Below are positions 1-5,454 of a stretch of 25,144 bases of DNA, one piece after another. The DNA lies in the IMG/VR virus record IMGVR_UViG_3300022923_000094, positions 1 through 25,144 of that record; one strand, given 5' to 3'. The position numbers were made by a program, and so were the translations under genes. How positions within the stretch are numbered: the stretch's first letter is position 1; the number at the start of each line of letters is the position of its first letter. The notes under the pieces were generated by a model. That model saw only the letters and a program-made list of their open reading frames with translations, did no database searches and had not been told where the DNA came from. This DNA comes from a virus (taxonomy: Duplodnaviria; Caudoviricetes).

Positions 1-312
1 ATGGTTGCGGTTGAGAATCCTGTGATGCACAAGCATGCGAAGGTTCGGATCAAGAACTATGAGCCGTTTGCTCAGAGCATACAGCCTTGGGAGTTTGCTC
101 AGTCGGATGATTGTGCGGACAATGTGAAGAAGCGGACATGTTTGTGGCTGCGTAATTTACCGAAGTTGGTACGCACTGGGAGTTTGGATGGATCGACGGC
201 GCGTGATGAGTGTCACAAGTTACCGCCGAGTGCGGATCGTTGGAAGCTGCGGTCTAAGTTTTACAGGGGCATTGCTGATGCGATGGCTATGCAGTGGGGG
301 GCTTTGGCATGA
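1..312 (+). CDS. C-terminal part of a phage DNA cytosine methyltransferase-like protein (5' end probably outside the window)
   Basis: ENPV motif (C5-MTase motif VI-like), QPWEF, KRTCLWLRNLP and terminal RSKFYRGIADAMAMQWG, typical of short phage Dcm-like proteins; SAM-binding and PC motifs are not in the window. Confidence 0.65.
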   Translation: MVAVENPVMHKHAKVRIKNYEPFAQSIQPWEFAQSDDCADNVKKRTCLWLRNLPKLVRTGSLDGSTARDECHKLPPSADRWKLRSKFYRGIADAMAMQWGALA

Positions 313-635
313 TTTTATTACAGGAGTATACGATCCGAGCGAACCGTGGTCGCCCTCGCATTTGGTTGGAGGGCAAGCGGTTGGTCGAGGCAGGTTACGA
401 GCGCGGCGTTCGGTATAACGTAATTCAGTTACCGCTGCGTGATGGAGGAATGTTGTTGGTGCAGAACGAAGAGGGCACTGGCAAGCGCAAGGTATCGGGG
501 AAGGGTGACCGCCCGATAGTTGACATCGTTGGAGCGGAGATTGTGAACAGCAAGTTGCGTGTTGGCGATGAGGTCGTGATCACTTACGATTGTGATGTAC
601 GGGAGATTTTAATCAGGAGGAAAGAGAATGCCTAA
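309..635 (+). CDS. Hypothetical protein, possible AbrB/SymE-like beta domain
   Basis: ATGA overlap with the upstream stop gives start 309; NRGRPRIWLEG..L..AG and RKVSGKGDRPIVDI resemble, from recall, a domain found N-terminal to some MGE C5 methylases. Confidence 0.5.
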   Translation: MILLQEYTIRANRGRPRIWLEGKRLVEAGYERGVRYNVIQLPLRDGGMLLVQNEEGTGKRKVSGKGDRPIVDIVGAEIVNSKLRVGDEVVITYDCDVREILIRRKENA

Positions 636-1146
636 TCATTGTTATCAGCAGGTCCGCATCGAGGGGCCACATTACTTGGTGTCCATGCTTTACAATGGAT
701 TGACTGAGAACGGTTACGATCCCCACCGTGGGGGTCGAGCCAAGAACCCACAGTTTTGTCAGTTGGTTTGTCCGATGCCGTTCGAGCAGTGGCAAGCACC
801 GAAGGCCAAGTGGCGTCAGTTCAACGTCGAGGGTTGGTATGACTGGCGCGTCAACAACTGGGGAACCAAGTGGGATGTATGTGAGGTTGAGATCGACGAA
901 GAGTTGGACCATGAAACCAGAGAAGATAATGGAAGACTTGTAGAGGCTGATACTAGGTCATGGTTCGAGTTTCGTTGTTGGACGGCATGGGGTCCGCCTG
1001 TTCCAGTGTGGGACAAGCTGCATGAGTTGGGTGTCAAGGTTCATGCTACCTATCAAGATGAGGGTGGTATGTTCGAGGGCGAGTACATCGACGGCGATGA
1101 TACTACATGGACACCAGAGGACGAGGAGGAGATGGAAGATGCCTAG
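628..1146 (+). CDS. DUF1281/YubB-like ferredoxin-fold protein
   Basis: MPNHC start, WYDWRVNNWGTKW and F.CWTAWGPP motifs characteristic of the family; AGGAGG RBS upstream. Confidence 0.75.
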   Translation: MPNHCYQQVRIEGPHYLVSMLYNGLTENGYDPHRGGRAKNPQFCQLVCPMPFEQWQAPKAKWRQFNVEGWYDWRVNNWGTKWDVCEVEIDEELDHETREDNGRLVEADTRSWFEFRCWTAWGPPVPVWDKLHELGVKVHATYQDEGGMFEGEYIDGDDTTWTPEDEEEMEDA

Positions 1147-1336
1147 TTTACCGTTGACCCAAGAGCAGTTGGAAAACTTTATCTTGCACCATGTACATCT
1201 GTGGGCGCAGGAGTTTGTGAAAGCGAACGGTGGTAATTTGTCCGAGGTTATGGATGCAGAGTTCGGGTGTTTCTATGTGCAGATGGCGGACAAGTTTCGC
1301 AACGAGGTGCTGCCCAAGTTCGAGGAGGCAGCGTGA
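1139..1336 (+). CDS. Hypothetical protein (65 aa)
   Basis: ATG at 1139 overlaps the end of the previous gene (MPSLPLTQEQ...); TGATG coupling to the next gene. Confidence 0.6.
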   Translation: MPSLPLTQEQLENFILHHVHLWAQEFVKANGGNLSEVMDAEFGCFYVQMADKFRNEVLPKFEEAA

Positions 1337-1608
1337 TGGGTAAGATGAAGGATCTGTTGATCGAGTTGCAAGAGACGCCGATCATGGTGCCATGTCCAGA
1401 TTGTTTGGGCGATGGGGTGATTGAGTATGAGATTGCTCGGCCTCAGAGTTTTACCCGAGACATTGGGTACTTGGACACGGCGACTGAAACGTGTGAGACG
1501 TGCAGCGGCGACGGTGAGATGGAGCGGCTGTGCGATTGTGGGATGCCTGTGACTAAGATCATGGGCCAAGATGCAGAGATATGTATGGAGTGTGCAGATG
1601 ACGCATAG
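1336..1608 (+). CDS. DnaJ-type zinc-finger protein
   Basis: CPDCLGDG and CETCSGDG (CxxCxGxG pairs) plus CDC and CMEC; GGAGG RBS before ATG 1336. Confidence 0.7.
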   Translation: MGKMKDLLIELQETPIMVPCPDCLGDGVIEYEIARPQSFTRDIGYLDTATETCETCSGDGEMERLCDCGMPVTKIMGQDAEICMECADDA

Positions 1609-1783
1609 GTTAGAGGTACTGATGCTTCCGAGTGTGATGGAGCAGGGGAACATTGCGTATGACAATGTGAAGGAATGGGACTTTAATTTGTCTCAAGGTC
1701 TTATGATTGAGTTGGAGGATGGGGCAGTGATTTACCTAAACCCGATGCATGTCATAGGTGTAGTTTGGAAAGAACTACAATAA
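1598..1783 (+). CDS. Hypothetical protein (61 aa)
   Basis: ATG 1598 with GGAG upstream; overlaps the previous stop and fills the gap. Confidence 0.55.
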   Translation: MTHRLEVLMLPSVMEQGNIAYDNVKEWDFNLSQGLMIELEDGAVIYLNPMHVIGVVWKELQ

Positions 1784-1786
1784 GGG

Positions 1787-1814
1787 GTTGACATGCGGAC
1801 CATCCGCATGCAAC
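1787..1814 (+). promoter_or_regulatory. Palindrome overlapping a -35 box upstream of the RAMP-like gene
   Basis: GTTG-A-CATGCGGA-CCA-TCCGCATG-CAAC; TTGACA at 1788-1793; no canonical -10 at 17 bp. Confidence 0.5.
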
Positions 1815-1857
1815 AAACAATTACTTTCAACTAGAAGCCAAGTAAGGAGAAAATATC

Positions 1858-2640
1858 ATGGCAACGAAGAAAGCACCACAAGAAGCGGCATTGGAAATTC
1901 AACCGTTGAAGCAGGGTCGCGTAAAGCTACGCATGATGGGCACGACCCCATTGTATTTTAACAGCATGAGTTCGAAGGCTATGCGTGATTTGTTGATTGG
2001 TGGCGGCAAGAAGACTGCTGCGCAGCGCAAAGAGATCAAGCACAATCCAGAGCAGGAGTACCGAGATTCGGTGTACAAGAAGCCGTTTGGGGAGACGTTA
2101 CTTTGTTTCCCTGCACCTGGTGTCAAGGGTGCGATGGCGACTGCTGCGTTGGAGACTGACGGTATTACGAAGACGAGTGTGCAGCGTTTGATCTTTTTGC
2201 CACAGACGCACGTTCAGATTTGGGGCAAGCCTCAGTTGAAGATTGACATGGTTCGGTCTGCGGACATGAACAAGACGCCAGACATGCGGACCCGTGCGTA
2301 CTTGCCGCGTTGGTGTGCGGAGGTTGACATTGCGTATGTGCAGCCGACTTTGTCTGCGTATTCGATTGTGTCGTTGTTGACGAACGCGGGATCGATTGTG
2401 GGTATCGGGGACTTCCGACAGGAGAAGGGCCGAGGATCGTTTGGCACGTTCCAAGTATTGACTGAGGACAGCATGGGTTCGTTCCAAGAGGAGTGGGATG
2501 AGTTGATGTTGGAGGGTCGAGATGTTCAGCAGGATGCGTTGGACAATCCAGAGTATGCGGATGATCAGACGGCGGAGCTTATGCAGTTCATGGCGGAGGA
2601 AAGATCCCGTCGGGATGTTACTCTCGTTGCTGCGGAATAA
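1858..2640 (+). CDS. Stand-alone Cas7/RAMP-like RNA-binding protein (candidate RNA-guided effector)
   Basis: N-terminal strand VKLRMMGTTPLYFN, FPAPGVKGAM (cf. the RAMP IPGSSLKG motif), C-terminal glycine-rich loop GIGDFRQEKGRGSFGTF; TAAGGAG RBS; adjacent to the periodic array. Confidence 0.75.
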   Translation: MATKKAPQEAALEIQPLKQGRVKLRMMGTTPLYFNSMSSKAMRDLLIGGGKKTAAQRKEIKHNPEQEYRDSVYKKPFGETLLCFPAPGVKGAMATAALETDGITKTSVQRLIFLPQTHVQIWGKPQLKIDMVRSADMNKTPDMRTRAYLPRWCAEVDIAYVQPTLSAYSIVSLLTNAGSIVGIGDFRQEKGRGSFGTFQVLTEDSMGSFQEEWDELMLEGRDVQQDALDNPEYADDQTAELMQFMAEERSRRDVTLVAAE

Positions 2641-2659
2641 TACTAGCATTAATAACAAC

Positions 2660-2685
2660 GGATCGGGGGCCGAGCGCCCCCATCC
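2660..2685 (+). other. GC-rich hairpin after the RAMP-like gene
   Basis: GGAT-C-GGGGGC-CGAGC-GCCCCC-ATCC; only a weak U-tract follows. Confidence 0.55.
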
Positions 2686-2820
2686 ATTTAGAGTTACAGC
2701 CGTGACCAACTGGCGAGAGGTGTCTCACATATGCACCGATGTTGGCGGCAAGCTGTGAGTGTCTTAACCGCAGCAATTAGAGGGAAGCTATTCTTCTCCG
2801 TTTCCTGATCTAATATTTTG

Positions 2821-3540
2821 GTCAAGGTTAGATATGTTGAGACGGTCTGGGTGAGGCGCGGTCGAGCACGTTCGGTTAAGGCGGGGTACGGTCCGGTTGG
2901 GTCAGGCGGTCCCGTTTCGTTTGGGTCTCACAGGGTTCGGCTGGGCAAGATGTGGTAAGTTTCGGTGTGGCGGTCAAGTTCAGGCGGGTCCACGTTTGTT
3001 ACGTTAAGGCGAGGTAAGGCGGTCGAGGTGTGACAAGGTCGGTTATGGCAAGTCGGGTTAAGACGGTCGGGGCACGGTCCGGTTTGGACGGGTTCGTTGA
3101 GTTGGGGCGCGGCACAGGCATGGCCCGTTTTGGTTTGGCGGTCTAGGTTGGGTACGGCGGTGTGTGTTGGGTTTCGTTGGGTCAAGGTTTGTTAAGGCGG
3201 TCGGGGTCATTCTAGGTGAGGCGTGATATGTTCGGTTAAGGCGTGGCCTGGTCACGGTACGGCGGTCTTGATTAGGTGCGTTCGGGTTAGGTTCGGTAGG
3301 GTGAGGACACGGTACGGCGGTCATGGAATGATAAGTTGAGGTATGTCGGGTTCGGTCAGGTCGTGTCATGGCGGTCTAGGTTGGGTGTGTTGCGTTGTGT
3401 CCCGTTGTTATGCGGTGTGTCATGGCGGTCCCGTTTGGGTGGGTCGTGTCATGGTTAGATCCGACAAGTTATGTCAAGGCGGTCGAGGCGCGGCATGATG
3501 AGTCACGTTGCGGTCAGTCGGGTCGCGGTACGGCGGTCAA
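2821..3540 (+). repeat. Non-coding array of GDY-NN pentamers punctuated by GGCGGTC; putative guide-RNA array (12 full units + 1 partial)
   Basis: GGCGGTC/GACGGTC at 2841, 2905, 2969, 3018, 3062, 3137, 3196, 3261, 3316, 3370, 3424, 3478, 3532; spacings 64,64,49,44,75,59,65,55,54,54,54,54 (5n+4, or 5n where one extra base is present); about 120 of 128 hand-parsed triplets fit G[G/T/A][C/T]. Confidence 0.9.
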
Positions 3541-3567
3541 CTAAACAGCTAGAAAAGGAGAAAAGAA

Positions 3568-4080
3568 ATGGCTGGTTTTCCAAAGAAAGAACGTCAAAGA
3601 ATTATTGACGATTACTTAGCGGCATCGGGCCGCAACATGTTTCATCCTGCGGAGTTCGTGGATTGGTTGGGTGGACAGCCTGACCATGAGGCGTATGAGT
3701 GGTTCTATGGGATGGAAGATCAAGAAGCTGCACGACAGTGGCGCATACAAATGGCGCGTCAGATGGCGAGTGGTCTGAGGATCGTGGTTCAAGAGTCGGA
3801 CCCCGAGGATCAGGTGGTGAGCATAAGCGTGAGGGAGTATCCTACGTTTATAAGTCCGGTGAGTTTACGCAAGAAGGGTGGCGGCTACGAGCGGTTTGAT
3901 CCTGACAGTGATGACTCGCAGCGTGAGTTGCGGCGACAGGCCGCGACGGCATTGGCGACCTGGTTGGGAAGATACCGTGGTTGTGCGGAGAATTTTGGGT
4001 TAAACTTGACAGCAATAGAGGAGATTGCGGAAGTTCTTAGAGAGAAAGGAGAGAGCGATGTTCAAGAAAATGTGGGATAG
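3568..4080 (+). CDS. Hypothetical protein, probable accessory of the RAMP/array locus
   Basis: AGGAG RBS at 3556-3560, just after the array; P.EFVDWL...PDHEAYEWF..EDQEAARQWRIQMARQ resembles a recurrent phage family; function unknown. Confidence 0.75.
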   Translation: MAGFPKKERQRIIDDYLAASGRNMFHPAEFVDWLGGQPDHEAYEWFYGMEDQEAARQWRIQMARQMASGLRIVVQESDPEDQVVSISVREYPTFISPVSLRKKGGGYERFDPDSDDSQRELRRQAATALATWLGRYRGCAENFGLNLTAIEEIAEVLREKGESDVQENVG

Positions 4081-4300
4081 GTTGACGCGCAAGCGACAGA
4101 CCAACCAGAAGCTGACGAGGAAGGAGCAGATCCTAGCTGAGTTGGACCGAGGAGTTGGGACTGCGAAGCAGTTGGCAGACCGCACTGGTTTAAAGCTGAC
4201 GATTGTGAGGGCGACGATGACGCAGTTACACAAAGCGGGAATGATCAGGGACACTGGCAAGAACGCGGGTCGTGAAGGTGTGTGGGAAGTTTCCCGATGA
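4058..4300 (+). CDS. Winged helix-turn-helix DNA-binding protein
   Basis: EQILAEL..GTAKQLADRTGLKLTIVRATMTQLHKAGMIRDTG...VW wHTH pattern; GGAG upstream of ATG 4058. Confidence 0.75.
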   Translation: MFKKMWDRLTRKRQTNQKLTRKEQILAELDRGVGTAKQLADRTGLKLTIVRATMTQLHKAGMIRDTGKNAGREGVWEVSR

Positions 4301-4545
4301 TTGAGTTTTTCACGGCACTTGTGATTGAGTACACGGTGCAGGATCACGAGATTGAGACGACTGTTTGGTTTGAGAGTGAGAAGCATTGTGCTTCTGCTAT
4401 GAGTGGTGGGAGTGCAGATGGGATATACAACCATTTGTACGACCTCTACGGCAACGACATCATGATGACCTGCGAGACAAGTAGTAAGGTGTCGAAGTAC
4501 ATCAGGCCAAGATTACGGCCCGAGAAGGAGGCGGTCGATGGGTGA
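4297..4545 (+). CDS. Hypothetical protein
   Basis: ATGA overlap at 4297; MIEFFTALVIEY... Confidence 0.6.
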   Translation: MIEFFTALVIEYTVQDHEIETTVWFESEKHCASAMSGGSADGIYNHLYDLYGNDIMMTCETSSKVSKYIRPRLRPEKEAVDG

Positions 4546-4726
4546 CGAGCAGTTGACTACGTTTCAGGCGGCACAATTGAAATGGCTCAAGCAGCAAGTA
4601 GATAACTTGGCGGACGAACGGTACAGGAAAGATGCCCGTCCGAATATACATCGTGAATTGTTTGCTGCTCGGGAAGAATTAGATAACTATGTTCAGGCTC
4701 TAAGAGATGGAGGATACAACATATGA
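4538..4726 (+). CDS. Hypothetical helical protein (62 aa)
   Basis: AGGAGG RBS; coupled to both neighbours. Confidence 0.65.
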   Translation: MGDEQLTTFQAAQLKWLKQQVDNLADERYRKDARPNIHRELFAAREELDNYVQALRDGGYNI

Positions 4727-4944
4727 GTCGATGGACAGCAGCACAGAAAGAATGGCAGGGATACAAGCGCAAGATGGCGAATGGTCATGAGGCTATATCC
4801 TTGTCCCAACCACCGTGGGAGAAAAAGGATGGAACACTTGGATCTGATAAGCGATCTGATCAAGAGAACACAAAAGCAGATCGACGATATCGAGTGGGAG
4901 AACCACACGGATCCAAGGATCGAGGCCCTAGTTCGACAGCTTAA
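4723..4944 (+). CDS. Hypothetical protein
   Basis: GGAGG RBS and ATGA overlap, but its 3' half overlaps the next ORF by 116 nt. Confidence 0.45.
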   Translation: MSRWTAAQKEWQGYKRKMANGHEAISLSQPPWEKKDGTLGSDKRSDQENTKADRRYRVGEPHGSKDRGPSSTA

Positions 4945-4996
4945 ATATTACAAAGAACAAGAGAAAGAAGGAGAAATTTATGAGCCGAGATTTTAA
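4829..4996 (+). CDS. Hypothetical coiled-coil protein (55 aa)
   Basis: MEHLDLISDLIKRTQKQIDDIEW...YEPRF; GGAG upstream. Confidence 0.55.
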   Translation: MEHLDLISDLIKRTQKQIDDIEWENHTDPRIEALVRQLKYYKEQEKEGEIYEPRF

Positions 4997-5207
4997 GACA
5001 GAATCGATGGGTGTGTTGGTCGAGGGTAAGACGTACTCGGGTAGCGCGTTTGGTGTGAACGACGAGGGTGAGGCTGTGTTCTTTAACTCTCGGATTGTTG
5101 AGCGGATGGAGCTTGAAGAGGGCGACGAGATTGTTGCGCACTGCATCCCTAACTATGTGGACAAGCGAGACGATATTCCATGGCGTTGCATACGAGTGGA
5201 CGAATGA
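4980..5207 (+). CDS. Small beta-barrel protein, possibly OB/cold-shock-like
   Basis: AGGAG RBS; SAFGVNDEGEAVFF...LEEGDEI pattern. Confidence 0.55.
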   Translation: MSRDFKTESMGVLVEGKTYSGSAFGVNDEGEAVFFNSRIVERMELEEGDEIVAHCIPNYVDKRDDIPWRCIRVDE

Positions 5208-5208
5208 C

Positions 5209-5267
5209 TTGCAACTAGCCCCCAGTCAATGTATAAGTCTTATACAAATGGACTACAAACTGGGGGC
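5209..5267 (+). promoter_or_regulatory. Sigma70-type promoter with palindromic operator
   Basis: TTGCAA(5209-5214)-17 bp-TATAAG(5232-5237); perfect inverted repeat TGTATAAG-T-CTTATACA (5230-5246); outer inverted repeat GCCCCCAGT(5218)/ACTGGGGGC(5259). Confidence 0.65.
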
Positions 5268-5271
5268 GCAC

Positions 5272-5442
5272 ATGGCTCGAAAGAAAATGAAAGAGAAGGA
5301 CAAGCAGCAGTTTCAGAATGTTGGCTTGTTAAAGGAGGACCACGATCTGCTTCGCAAGTTAGCGGATTCAGAACAGAGGTCCATGGCACGACAACTATCT
5401 GTATTGATTCGGAAAGCTGTTGCCGATACGGAACCTGCGTGA
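5272..5442 (+). CDS. Ribbon-helix-helix (Arc/CopG-like) regulator (56 aa)
   Basis: FQNVGLLKEDHDLLRKLADSEQRSMARQLSVLIRKA fits the strand-helix-RS-helix pattern. Confidence 0.75.
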   Translation: MARKKMKEKDKQQFQNVGLLKEDHDLLRKLADSEQRSMARQLSVLIRKAVADTEPA

Positions 5443-5454
5443 TAGGATATATTT

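Noticed and set aside
2098-2709. 203-aa minus-strand ORF and similar antisense ORFs (9535-10206, 12996-13571, and those opposite the virion genes)
   Set aside because: They lie almost entirely opposite well-supported genes and have no recognisable motifs.
2691-2780. Hammerhead ribozyme or tRNA in the leader
   Set aside because: No CUGANGA/GAAA core; no T-loop or cloverleaf.
3141-3195. Sense reading of unit 6 as Walker A (TGVGSGK)
   Set aside because: The residue after K would be F/L, not T/S; the antisense terminase reading fits all 11 positions.
2928-3369. Minus-strand ORFs 2928-3185 and 3058-3369
   Set aside because: Pro/Thr/Arg-rich by-products of the G/T-rich array, antisense to the operon; 5-nt periodicity does not fit codon structure.
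2821-3540. Canonical CRISPR array
   Set aside because: The constant element is only 7 nt, the intervening segments are themselves periodic, and no adaptation genes are present.
2821-3540. Simple microsatellite, G-quadruplex tract or iteron origin
   Set aside because: NN positions are highly diverse and decode to protein motifs; G-runs are mostly two long and often replaced by GT/GA; no long identical iterons.
1858-3540. TIGR-Tas, retron or diversity-generating retroelement
   Set aside because: No Nop domain or box C/D motifs recognised, no reverse transcriptase, no TR/VR pair seen.
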